From Podarcis tiliguerta (lineage: Eukaryota): a stretch of 64,000 nucleotides of DNA. How positions within the stretch are numbered: position 1 is the stretch's first letter; each line of letters starts with the position of its first letter. The stretch is taken from NCBI GenBank assembly GCA_965153285.1, contig OZ229110.1, one strand, 5' to 3'. Below are positions 27,288-39,854 of this stretch, piece after piece. The notes beneath the pieces are model-generated. The model was not told the DNA's origin and did not search any database. It saw only the letters and a list, made by a program, of their open reading frames with translations. Both the position numbers and the translations under genes were made by a program.

Positions 27288-27539
27288 AGTGGGGTAATAA
27301 AATATGAAAAGTACAATCTATGTAAGGCTTAAGTTATGCAAAGTGACCACATTCACAACAGCCGTGACTGGTGATAATTCCATCATCATAGCTGAAGAAT
27401 AAAAATGTAGTCCATGTACGTTGGCCTACTTTTCATTCTGTAGGGTTCAGCTCTCCTCAGGTCACTGAAGGTTAAGCTCTGGCTACATACACACTCTACA
27501 TTTAAAGCACATTACTTTCTCCAAAGAATCCTGCCCATG

Positions 27540-28030
27540 TACGTCGGGCTGCCCTTGAAGACGACTCAGAAACTTGAGTTGGTCCACAGTGCAGCAGCCA
27601 GATGCTGGCTGGGGTTCCTTCCAGATGCTGTGTTTTAAAACAGCTGCATTGGTTGCATTTCCAGGCCCGCTTCAAGGTGCTAATGTTGGTGTTGAAAGCC
27701 CTAAAATGACTCAGGCTCCAAATAATCTGATATTAACTGTTACAGCTTTTGCATCCATAGATCCTGGGGTTCAATTAAAAGTGGTTCCAGAAAGTCTGCC
27801 ATCTGCCCACTCCTACTCTAGGGGGAAGGAGTGCCATTGATGGGGCGCCACCACAGATAAGGCCCTTCCCCACATCACTACCCCATACGCTATGCTTGGT
27901 GATGGGATCATGAAGAGGGCTTCCTCTGCAGGCTGCAGCTTATAGAGAAGAGTTTTAAGTGTTTGGGACCAAAGTCATTCAGGGATTTGTAAGTGAGTGA
28001 CAAAAACCTTGAACTGGTCCCAGTAGCATA
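27540..28030. mobile_element. Two degraded L2-clade LINE ORF2 3' fragments in opposite orientations
   Basis: Plus strand reads YVGLPLKTTQKLELVHSAAAR...LHWL...FKVLMLVLKAL. Minus strand reads ...LTYKSLNDFGPKHL, the L2 LHWLP/TYKALNGLGP region. Confidence 0.65.
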
Positions 28031-31000
28031 TTGGCAAACCAGTGCAGTTTGAACAGGACCACTCACAAAAGTGGCAGCCACCTTCCACGCTAGCTGCAGG
28101 TAGCCGTGCATGGCATGTGTTGCAGCCATCTAAATATGAGGTTACCAGAGCACAGGTAGCTGTTGCTGAGCTATTCTAATCCAGGAATGCTGGAATGGTG
28201 CTGGAATGCTGACTGAGCATTGAGGGAGGAACAAAACTGGGGAGATGAGAAATGGAATGGCTGGAATGCCAAACAGGAAAATCTCCAGGCTGCACCATTT
28301 TGTTGTACTTGTTAACCCACAAAATGCCAGTGCGCTTATTTCTTTGCGCACCCAGCCTTCGCAACTGGGTAGCAAAGGTGTCCGGATGTGCTGCTGCTAT
28401 TTTATAAATTCAACCAGACTTATTCTGAAACTTAATATTTCATTCCAACCTCTTTCAGTTTTCAAAACTATTTCTGGTTACGTACTACAGCATATAAAAT
28501 CTTCTGGCTGGTTTAGTTTCTGATTTTCTGTGGCTTCTCTTTACTGGATAACCTGGAATCTTTCTTTTTTCTTTGGTGTGCTATATAAGGTTGCTCCATT
28601 TCGTGCTGCATTGTGGTTATTATTGTGGGAGGGGTTCTTTTGTCGAATTTGTGATGTTGCATAACCTGCAAGAAGAAAAGCGATCAAATGAAAATAAAAT
28701 GAGAAACTATTTATAGTCAGTAAACTCTTACAATTGGGAAACTGTTGTGTTCAGTTTCTGAAGCTCATGCTCTGCTTCAAAAACCAGTACCAGGAAGTTG
28801 TTTTCAGGGTAAATGAGTCCAGCAAGTCAATGTGTAATGGGGGGAGCACGGGGGGGGGGGGCTGTGAGAAGAGAGGTGTTAGTAGGTGCTCCTGCCTTCC
28901 TCTGTGAAAGACTGGGTATTACAAAACAGGGCAAATGAGGGTTGCTTGGATCTGACGCTGCGCCCATATTGACGTCTGTGTGGAATTGAAGTGAGCAAGG
29001 AGTAGCACAGAGAGGAACTAATGGGGTCTAGACAAACATTGATCATTTGGCTTTATCCCCTTTCCAATTAGTCTGAAAGTGTTGCGTCTTCAGCCCCACT
29101 GAGCATTCTCTTGACGGTAGTTTCATCCAGCCCACATTTCTCTTGTGAACATATAAAAATGTCTTATGCAAATGGTCCCCTAAAAGCTTTTCGGCCTGCA
29201 CCATTGCTTTCGCCTTCTCCAGTATACTAACCGCCCATAGGAAAAAACAATGACTGTGAAAAGGATTAGTTTTGCGGATGTTTTCTTTTTAACAAGTCCA
29301 TAGGGATTCCACTGTATGTTATGCTATCTCCTTCCACCCCCATTGCTCCTTAAGAATGCTTCTAGCATCAAGACACTGGCCCAATAGCAACCCAACATGG
29401 AGATTTCTGAGACATTTACTGTTATCTTTAAAAGGCAGCAGCAACTGCAAATTTAGCTTCCCAGAAAAGAAAAATCACCCACAATCTAGCCTAACTAGAA
29501 GATCGGTGAGCATTACTGCCCTGGCATTTCCTGGTTTCCTTTAGTTTGGAATGAACTTGAGTTGGGTATCAATCCACTTGCTGGATTTGTGTGAGTGTGT
29601 GCCCCCCGTTTTTTGCAGTTCTTTTTATTTGTAATAAACCAAAATTGGCTCGGGCATCTGCTGTCATTGTGCAGATGACAGCTTCATTGAATAATAATTT
29701 GGGTGCATGGTAGTGGTGGGGGCAGATGGAGAAATAAACCAGGTCATGATGTGTACAGCAATTTAAAAATGCTACTTTGAACACAAAGGGTGGGAAGGGG
29801 GAACCAACTGCTGTGTTTTAAGCTGCTAATCTGTATATGCCTTGAGCCTAATGCGAAGGACGCTGGCAGGCAGTGCCCCCACCCCCTGGTCTGGCTGTAG
29901 GTAAGGAGGCAAGCAGGTGGGGGCTGGCTGAGAGCAGACTGAGGTTGGTGGGGCAGTGCCCCATCTGCCCTAATAGAGCAGACACCACTGGGAATGCACT
30001 TGGATTTAGAGGCTTCATAAATGACCTCTTTTAAAAAGGGTCGCTTTCAGACCTCCGAGTGGATCCATTGTTAATGGACCAGTTATGAATTGGACCCAGG
30101 GGAGCCTATGCAGCCATTGGTTTTCCCCACCTCTGCTTATTCCCATTTCTAGCTTCAGAAATGCATGTTTGATATGAATTGCCTGTGTTCTTCCATGAAA
30201 TATTTTTAAAGAAATGCATATCCATTTAAATTATAGTATTTTTTCCCTAGCTTTGCATCTCTCTCTATAAATGAGCATATGCAAAATGTATGCAAATCGC
30301 CCCTCCTTTCTCTATTTTTTGTGATGCAGTTCCGCTCTTTTGGTGTTTGCAGAGCTGAAATTCCCTCTTCAGTGCAACTATTAAAGGTGCAGGAGTTCTG
30401 TCCTCTCTTTTTCTGGTGCTAGAAAGGCTCAGAAAGTATGTTTTTAGCTAGATCTTGGCCTATCTTATATCTTGCCAACATGACACTTTCAGATAGGGAT
30501 CCCATGTGTCCAGGCTCTGGACTGATGTGAAATAACTATTCCTTCTTTTCTTTTGGAAAGTACAAATTCCTTTTCATTCCCTGTGAGGACTGCACAATCA
30601 GCTTATCAAAAGCTTGAAGCTGTCGCTGTCTGTCTGCACAAAAGTATCTGAAACGAGGAAGATATGTTTACCCCCCTGTGTGAAATGACGCAGTCAGCCC
30701 TCAGATTCTCATATCCCACAGAGTGAGGCCTTGTTTATATTTTCAAGTAGAATTTCCACCTTAAGTGTGCACCGTTTGATCCATTTCAAACTAATGTTCC
30801 TTTTCTTTATCTGCTAGTACCCAATTCACACTATTTTTTATTTTTTTACTGATGATAGGAACCATGTTGTGTGACTATGTGCAGCAGGCATATTGTTTCA
30901 TGCAGACTGCCACTCGCTCCATGCAATTTCAACCCCCCACATCTAATTATGGCCTGCTTTGGTCCTGCAAATCTACAAGAATATTTATTTATATGAAGCT

Positions 31001-31039
31001 CCCAGAATGTCTTAGTAAGGCCACCTCCTGCCCTCAGGC

Positions 31040-31175
31040 TTATGAGACCCAGTGTGGTATAGTGGTCAGAGTGCTGGACAAGGACCAGGGAGACCAGGGT
31101 TCAAATTCCCACTCAGCCATGAAGCCTAACTCACAGGGTTGTTGTGAAGATAAAATGGGGAGGAGGAAGAATATG
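31040..31175 (+). mobile_element. MIR/CORE-like SINE
   Basis: GTGGTATAGTGGTCAGAG...GGTTCAAATTCC head and CTCACAGGGTTGTTGTGAAGATAAAATG core. Confidence 0.6.
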
Positions 31176-33499
31176 CACATCACTACCGCCTCTCTTTAAA
31201 GCAAATACATCTAAGTGGATCCATTTTTGGAAGCAGCCTTTCACACACTTGCAACATGCTAAATATGTAACTGAGAGTACACATTAGATGTGTGTAAAGA
31301 ATACATTTGAGGGTGGAAGCCGTCTGTCCACATTACCTTGCCTTCAATAGTCCAAACAACAAAGATTCTTGAGGCATCTTAAAGACTATGGTAACTTTTG
31401 TAGGCTTCTTGTAGACCATTGTCCGCTTCATCAGATGCAGGAATCTTTGCTGTTTTTGAAATGTTGAGAGAAAGAGAGAGTCATTTGAGGGAAAAGTAAG
31501 TTGGGTGGTAGGCTAGAGGGACAACCGACGGAGAATGAGATGAAGGTGACACTTGAGTATACTTATAAGAGAGTTGATAGTTGTTAGATAAGCTAGAGTG
31601 GACACACTGGCCACATTTACACCATTCATTTAAAAGCACTAATATACCACTGCAAACATCCATGGTTCCCTCCCAAAGAATCCTATGAACTGTAATCTTT
31701 TAAGAGTGCTGAGTGATAAGGAACACCCCCCCACACACACACACACTCCCACAATCCCCAGATTTCCATGGGAAGAAGGATTGATTGTTTAACCACTTTG
31801 GGATGACCCATAGCTCAGTGATCCATGCCTTGCACAGACAGATCACAGGTTCAGCATCTCCAGGGGGAGCTGGAAAGAAACCTTGGAGAGCGACTGTTAG
31901 CCCATCCAAGCAATTCCAAGCTAGATAGACGAATGGTCTGATTCAGCACAAGGCATGACAACCAGAGACAGGTTGGGTATTGCCATTCTGTACTGCTTGT
32001 AAGCTTATAAACTTCTCATCTGGAGTCTGTCATTGCACAAGGCAAAATGCTGACCAAGGTGAACCAGCATGAAGTAGTCTGAGTCAGCATGGTGATCCTT
32101 CTGTAACAATCCTGAATTGCTCCCATTTCTCCCTAAGTTTATGCATCTTATGCTGGAGTTAGAGTGTCCTGATTTGACCTTCTTTGCACTGCTTGAGCTG
32201 AGCGGCTGTGTTGGTAAAGCCTATCGCTGGAAAGAGGGCCAGGCGTGTCGGCAGAGTTCTGTGTGGTTCTGCTGGGCCCCCGAAGAGGTTGCACGAAGAA
32301 CCCTCTATGGTGGGATCTTGGTCCGCTATGTTTGGTTCACCATTTCTGTTTGGAGGGATTGCTAGGAATGAATGGTTTAGTGGATATGAGGAGTACAATT
32401 GACTGAAAGTGGGGATTCAAGGTGTGGAAATTTTGAGCAGGAGGCAGTGAGAGGAGGCATTGTTTGTGAAGCTGGTAGCCTTATACAGTATTAGCTGCCA
32501 TCTGATAGTTAGCCTCTAACCCACACGATGGCAAACTAAAGGCATGGGGCTGTGTACAGCCCCCAGCCCCATTTTATGTGCTCCCCACCCCATGTCTTCT
32601 GAAACTGTTACTCTTCCACTCCATCACAGATGCATTCTTCCTATTCGTTTCCTTCTTATCTTTTCTGGATTGTTAAAGGGTCAGTATTTTATTTGATAAA
32701 TGTACTTGCTTTCTCCCCTTGTTGTATACCTTGGAGCAAAGAAGGTTTCTCTTACCCCTTCCAGATGTCAAAGAACAAATTTGTAGTCTTCTGTTCTATG
32801 TATCAAACCTTGTGGGGTTTACTTCTGCATAAATCTGCACAGGACTGGGCATTTTAATTTGAGGTAGCCATTGTGAAAATTGAAAAGGGTGTTTTCTTGA
32901 TTCTGGAGTAGATAATCCCAAACACCTTTGTCTCTGGCTCATGAGGGCTCCAATTGATGACCCCTCCACCAAGGGAATGCAGCCCTTGCCCACAACCTGC
33001 TTTAGCCCTTCTACACATAAGTATTGTGTGTGTGCGCGCATGCACGCGCATTGCACACAAACACACCTTCCTGGTCTTTCCCACTTAACCTAAATTTAGC
33101 AGGAGTTTTGCTTTTTCTGTGTTGTTCTGTGCTGCACCTAGAGCGTAGTCCTGCTCAGGGTAGTGGGCAGTGTAGTGTGTTTGCATGTGAATGTCACGCT
33201 GTGTACTGGCAGATTTTATCCAGGGATGGGGAAGGGAGAGAGGGGATGTTGAACCTCACAACTTCAGACAGGAGGAAACAAGGACTGCCTTGTAGAACAG
33301 AGGAAAACTGCATCTGGTCCAGCATCCTGCTTTTAACACTGGTTATCTGGATGTCTGTGGGAAGCTCTCAAGCAGGGCAGGAAGAAGGCAACAGCCTTTC
33401 CTTGTTACCCGTCCCTCGCCCCCCCCCCCACTTCCTCACTGGGGGTATGCTGCTTTTGAACGTGGAGGTTCTCTTTAGGTACCGTGGGAAACTCCTGTC

Positions 33500-34760
33500 G
33501 AGAGACGTCTCCCTCTGCAAGGGGCTTTCCTCAGGGCGCTCTTGGGATGCAGCCGGGAAGCACCGGGGCAGTGCCGATGCCCACTAGACGGGACCCACGT
33601 CCCGATGCCGAGTCTTGGCTTTGCACCACGGCGCCCTTTCGCCCGTCCCTGCCTCGATCCTTCCCACGAGGCCACCTCGCCATCTTCCAAGATGGGCAGA
33701 AACCACTCGCCTACCTCCAAGCCCTCCATGGCAACCGTGGATTGATGGGCGCTGTCGAGGGTGGCTCTGGGAGGGGTAAGCTCCCCACCCCGCCAGGCTT
33801 AGAGGGGAGGCAGCCCTTCTGCGGGGTGGGGGGCCACCCCTCTCATTTCTCTCCCCCCAGCTCCTCCCTCCAACCCCTCCCTCCCTCCCTCCGGCCCCTC
33901 CTTCCTCTCGGCCCCCACACCTCCCCGCCTGCGCTGTCATTGTCTCGGGCGGGCGGGCGGCGGGCGAGGCTCCGGGCTGGCTGGCAGCTCTGCCAGCGCA
34001 GGAGAGGCAACGAGCGGAGAGAGGCCGGCGCCCGCTTCCCGCGGAGGGATGCTCCTTCTGCCCCGGCCGCCCCTGCGCTCCGAGCCCGGCCCCGCCGCAT
34101 AGCGCTGACCGCCGTGGGGTGGGGTGGGGTGGAGGGTGCCCAGGGGGCGACGGAGGGGCGGACATGAAGAAGATCTGGGTGAAGAAGCGTCTCCAGGTAA
34201 CGGGTCCGGGCGTGGGACGGCGGGAGGGGAGGGACGGGGTGCCCAGGCGGGGTGCCCAGCAGGCATCATCAGGGCGTTGTGGACGCCGGAGGGGAAACTG
34301 AGGACGCGCACCCCTCGCGGAGCCCCACCCGGCTTTCCCGGAGTAGGATTCCCCGCTGGTCTCGGGATATGTGCCACCTTGTTGCCGGGGTGGGGTTGGC
34401 CACGCCAGGGTGGTGGTTGTAGATCGGTGGTCCTCTGCGCTCACCTTCCAAGCCCCTCGGCTCGAGGTGATGATGAGCAAGGTGCTGTGTGGGGCTTTTA
34501 AGAAATGCCCGGGATGGGATGGGGGGCGATTAGAAGAGCCGTGCCTCTTCTTCCCCTAAGATGCCCGAGGCGATAGATCCTGGGGGTCGTGGCTCTTTTT
34601 ACTCTCCATCCCCAAGCCCGGTGGCCACGGAGGCTGAGCGCCTCTGCGTCATGATCCGGCACTGCGCGTCAGCACCTGGCAGGAGCGCAGCTCCTCGTGG
34701 CCTGGACGTCACTCGGGGGCCTCCAAGCAGGGATGATCGAAAGGGGGGGGGGGAGGCTCC
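33500..34760. promoter_or_regulatory. CpG island / alternative promoter for exon 1b
   Basis: Sharp rise in GC and CpG density in an otherwise CpG-depleted intron, with GC boxes, around exon 1b. Confidence 0.85.
34164..34196 (+). CDS. SPEG: SPEG alternative first coding exon 1b (MKKIWVKKRLQ)
   Basis: GAC-ATG inside a CpG island, 11 codons, donor CAG|GTAACG, phase 0. Chains in frame to 37273 and then exon 2. Confidence 0.85.
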
Positions 34761-37272
34761 CCGGTTCAACTAATAGGGGGAAGGGAATCATTCACAGCAG
34801 GCATAGCTAGGGCATGTCATCACCCCACCACTGCCTGCTCCAGTAATAACGTACCCCACCACTTTCCCACCCCATCCCAACCTAACCCTCCAGCCCTGAT
34901 CTTCTAGCCAGGATGCCCCACCAGCTTCCCTCTCTGCAGGGGCGGGACTGGGAAGCAAGGGCACCAGATGAAATAAGGAAGAGGGGTGGGGGCGGGGGTT
35001 GTCATCCTTCCTGCTTGGTATCTGTCCAGAAGCATCTGTCTGGGCATCCTTGGAAACAGGATGCTTCATCTTTGATCAGATGGCTCAAGGCTTTCCTCCT
35101 CTGTTTCTACAGAGGCCTGCGGCCTTGGCAGCCTGAGGGGAGATGAGCTTTCTAGACCTGAGGACAGGGATGCCAGTCTCTCACCTCTGCAGAGCAGAGA
35201 GCTGTTGCATCCCAAACCAGGCAGGCAGGAAACAGACTGACACACATGGTGGAGTGGGGAGCATACAGCCATCCAAAACATCTCTTCCTCTCCTCCTATA
35301 TGCAGTTAAGAATGGAGAGCGGCAGAGAAAGAAGGACCCTGGCTGGTAAAGAAGGCTGGAGTCCGGTTAGGCCGTACAACCTAGTCAAGGCTATTGTATC
35401 CCCATTCATTGCCAAGGCAACAAATCCCCATTGCTAAGAAGGGATTTGCCTCCTGGCAGCCTCCAGCTGCAACACCTTTCGTGCTTGGTACTTACCTCTT
35501 TGTCCAAATGCCATTTTCCCTTTTTCGTACCATCCTAGTGCAACTCATATTGAGCAGGATGTCCAGCTTAAATTTTGGGCTGCTTGTGCTATTGGCCACG
35601 GAGCAGGGATGCACTTTGCCTGCCCAGATGCCTCTTTGCCCAACGTGCCACAGTAGGAAGCTGCTGGGTATGTGATCCTGGAGCCAGGGCTTGCCCATTG
35701 CCATGTGCCCGACAGGGGGGATGCCAGCCAGGTATCCATTACTGCCGTTTTATTGCATTTCCGTTTTCTTAATGGGGGAATTATCCACCAACAGCATAGC
35801 TAATCTATTCATACATCTTTCTGGCCTGGCACATGGGCTGCCCGCCAGCGCCAGTCTTGTTTGGGCAAGCTGGCTTGGCTGGAATACAAATCCACCTGGA
35901 TCAGTTGCTGTTGGGAGCATTTGTTTCTTCTGGCTGGATTTTATGCCTCTGATACCTCCCACCTCAATGATGTCCAGTACAAAAAAGAAAAGGCCAAACT
36001 GGGTGGGGTGGGTATGTACATCACCCTCTCTCTTGTGCCAGCACACTGCATCACCACATCTCTCACTTATCACAGAATGATCCTGTCACCTCCATTTATT
36101 GCTGCACAAGGTGTTTCACCTCACTATTAGCATTGTGGAAATCTAGCTGGAAGAGCAAATTTTCTGGGAGATGGGACAGCAGGAAATCTGGGAGTGAGGA
36201 GTGGGCGACTTTGTGCATCAGATGCTGTGTGTGTGCGCGCACACACACACATACGCACGTATCAGTTTACACACATGCACAAGTGCATCTGTTTCACTGG
36301 TCCTGAATTCAGAGAGCTGTCCTTCCCTGATGGATGGCATGATTGGCCTGTTCTTGGGCAACTTGTCACCTAGGAAGCCAGTTGTAGCTGGATGCATGTG
36401 CCAGGAATGATTTCCCACGTGGATCCCGTAAGTCTTGATAGCTGCTCGGAACCACATAGAAGAGCATAATGGAGAAGAGAGAGTGAGCAGAGGGGAATTG
36501 CCAGTGGCAGCACTTCAGCCTGTTACTGTTAGGTTGGTGTGCCTGCGCATTTGGGGCAACTGGACTGGATCTTCATCTGTGATGAAATGCGCAAGATGTG
36601 CCTCTTCTGAGGGGACTCACCAAATGTTGCAGACTCCCAGCTGCTCAGGGCTCACCAGAGGACAGCAAGATGAGAATTTAAACAGTGGAACGCTTATCAT
36701 TGGGTGGAGGGCAATCTCTCTGAGGATTTCCTCCCAGGAAAGGGGCAGAAAGTCAGCCTCTTCTTTCTTCTGATCTGCCTAGATCACCACAAGCACTCAG
36801 GCTCCTGTCCTTCTGACTTTTCCCGACTTTTGGTGGAGCCGGCAGCACATGACCTTCGGTCGCACCCACGCCATATGTTTAATGTACATTGCTTCCTCCA
36901 GAGACTCTGAAATCTGCAGTCTACCTCTCAGAGTGCTACAGTTCCCAGTACCCTGATCAAACTACAGTTCCCAGGAGCCATGCACACTAATTGTATGGTG
37001 TGGATGTGACCATTGTGCTTGGCTCTGGTGGATCCCATGCCTTGCAAGGCTTGGTGTAGATGGTACAGTAGGGGGCTGATACACTTTTTGCCCTGGTGGC
37101 AAGTTCAGGAGTAGGTGGAAGGCCTTTCCCCTGGCCTCCTGCTGGGGTTCTGGTCTTTGTGGTGACTGATGGCTATATCCCGTGAGCACAGCCCTGTTAC
37201 CATATTTCCACTATCTCCCTCTCTCCATCTCAATCGGAGGTAATGCTTTTTCCTTTTCTTTTTCCTTTGCAG

Positions 37273-37312
37273 AAAGGTGGCCACTCGCGGCGTTTTGGGC
37301 GCTTCACGCATG
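37273..37312 (+). CDS. SPEG: SPEG alternative small exon 1c (KGGHSRRFGRFTH)
   Basis: Long polypyrimidine tract ending TTTGCAG, 40 nt, locally CpG-rich, donor G|GTGCGT. Phase 0 to 1 fits exon 1b and exon 2. Confidence 0.85.
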
Positions 37313-39087
37313 GTGCGTTGTATTACTTCTGCCCCTTCCTGCCAGAGGCTTTCCTGATATGTTGGGGGCTGGGGGGGGGGAGGAGGGAAGAGAACAGGCA
37401 AATAGAAAAAGACTCTAGCTGGGGTTGAGGGGGGTATGACTAGCCTATCCCAGGTGTGGGGAACCTTTGGCCCTACAGATGTGTTGAACTACAGCTCCCG
37501 CTATCAATGGCCTAGGGCTGATGGGAGTTGTAGTTCAGCTGCATCTGGCGGGCCAAAGATTCCTCTCCTCCTGCACCCACTTTGGGAGGTAGATTGCGGG
37601 GGTGCGATGAGCTTAGCTGATAGAAGTTAGAGTTCAGTTTGTAGACCTTGGGAGCTGTACATATTCTACAAAGGCAAAGGCTTCTGTTCCCTTAACAAGT
37701 GATACTTTATTATGTATAGTTTCTCCTACAATGTTGCAATGATGGGAGAAACTACACCTTCGCAAAGTTGACCTGCCTCAGATCTCTACAAGGGATAGAA
37801 GCCCTGCCCTTTTCAGAATAAGGAGGCAACATTGCCAAAAGGGGGGATCCAAAGGGAAGCTGTGCACTGTGATATGGTGGCATGTTGTGTGTGTTTTATA
37901 TAAGGAAGGACCAAAAGACAGATATTTCAGACAGATCAAATTGCTTTGTGCAGAATCACATTTATGACATTTGGATTACCCTGTCTCAGCTGAATCCTAT
38001 CTCTTGCTCACACACGCAGCCTCTTGGCTCCTCCCGTTATGTTTGAGCAAACAAACTCTCTACTTAAAGCATTGTTTCCTATTTCGTCCAAACCAGGAAA
38101 AAATGGTTACCAGCTTTGGAACAAGTCAGGATATTAAACCATAGTTTGAAGTTGGTTTAATCGCCTACATTGTTCTGAAGCTGGAAACTAGATGCCACTC
38201 ATTGGTGATATATTTAGGACAGGCAAGATGATGTCCATATAGAATTCCCTAGGATGGTACATAGTGCTGGTCTGTAGCTTAGGTGGCTTTAAGATGCATT
38301 CAATAAATTCAGAGAGGGTAGGCCTATCTGTTGCCATTAACTGTAATAACTAAATATAAAATGTGCTTGTTCAGAGGCAGTGTATCTTTTATTACCAGAT
38401 GCTAGGGACAAAATACAGAGGTTGGCCCTCAGGTTAATGTCCTGATTGTGAGTTTGCTGGGGGTGGGTGTTGGAAGGGGGGGGGATTTGTAGTTAGCTAC
38501 CATTTGGAAACCGTAAATGCTGGAGTAGGTGGATCTTGATCTGATCATGCAAGTTAAGCTCTATATAGTCACATAATAGGGGGCTTTGGTTGCCACCCAG
38601 CAAGGTTTCCTGTCATCAGCTGGCACTTCAGTTGCTGTGACTTATAGGTGGAGGCTGCAGCTTGGGGGAAAGGGAATGAGAGGGTCATGGCTTGGGGGAG
38701 TGGAGAAGATACTACTGGTGCTGGGCGTTTTGAACCCGGGTCTTGAAACATGTGGGGATTGTTAGAGAAATGGCTGTTGCAACTCCACCCACCCCAGCCC
38801 AAATTTTTAACTTAGTTTCCTGCTAGATTTCACTCCCCAGGCAGGTCCTTATGAGTTTCAATGTCAGAGCGGCACCTTCTACCATTTAGGTTATGTCCAT
38901 ATGCCTTGCCTTCTTATCCACTTTCCCTGCACATGTATTCTCCCAAATTTCAATGGGTTTCATGGGCCAGAAGCTATAAATCTCCCCTTCCATCACATGT
39001 TGGAATATTTGAGGGCCTGGGCTGATTTGGGCGGTAACGCTTTGTTGACGTGTGTCTCTCTTTCTTGCTGCCCCTATGGAAGCGAAG

Positions 39088-39117
39088 TTTTCCGCTCCTG
39101 CAGAAAGCAAAGTTACG
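39088..39117 (+). CDS. SPEG: Candidate 30-nt symmetric microexon (VFRSCRKQSY)
   Basis: Pyrimidine tract with TGC motifs, AAG acceptor, donor G|GTAGGA. Phase 1-1, frame-preserving, no stop. Confidence 0.65.
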
Positions 39118-39808
39118 GTAGGAAATTGTGCTGCCTCATGCTTTTCTCTTCCCGAGCTGCGTTTCATCCCACACCCCCTCCCAGCCTACCCTCCTGGCTC
39201 TCTCCATGCCCCGTCTTCATCCTGCTGTTGCTGCTCTCTTCCTTTGCGGGGCTCATCCTATTCTAGCAGAATTTGGTGGGCATCCTTTTGCTTCTCTGTG
39301 TGACTGGCCTGAGCATCTCCCCTTCCCACGCTGCCGCCAGCCCTTCCCTGCACTACTAGTACATGGCGGAAGGTTCTCTCTGTCTCTCTCTGCGAATCTT
39401 GCTATTATGCGCTGACTCGATTTCCCATGGAGATGGACATGCAACGCTGTACATGGATCCCCTCCTGCCCCCAACATGCTCTCTTTTTAACCGAAAGCAG
39501 ACTTTGAGGAGGTACGGTTGTGGGAGCAGCTTGACACATTCCCTTCCAGCTATTATTCTGCTAAAATAAAAATAAAAGAAATCTCACACGCACACCAGCA
39601 CTTCAAGTCCTCTCCCCAAAAGGAGCAGGGCTCTCAAAGGCCCAATTTTTTTGTTTGACTTCCGTTCACTTGTTGGCCTTTCTTCAACCTGCCAGTCGAT
39701 TTGCTGCCACGCTGATCTGTCAAGCGTCACTCACGACTCTCCCTGTGGTTTTCTTAGCTGTGGGGTAAAGGCTCCTACGGAGAGCTGCAGCTGCCAGAAA
39801 AATGAGCT

Positions 39809-39812
<4 letters not shown>

Positions 39813-39850
<38 letters not shown>
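39813..39850. repeat. (TC)n microsatellite
   Basis: Directly visible. Confidence 0.95.

Positions 39851-39854
<4 letters not shown>

Noticed and set aside
34668-34690. REST/RE1 site (TCAGCACC...), with a similar one at about 26362
   Set aside because: The right half-site does not match GGACAG adequately.
33024-34773. Long overlapping ORFs of up to 298 aa on both strands
   Set aside because: Stop-poor CpG-island sequence giving low-complexity G/P/R/A peptides with no domain.
39103-39117. 14-nt microexon using the CTGCAG acceptor
   Set aside because: It shifts the frame; the 30-nt version preserves it.
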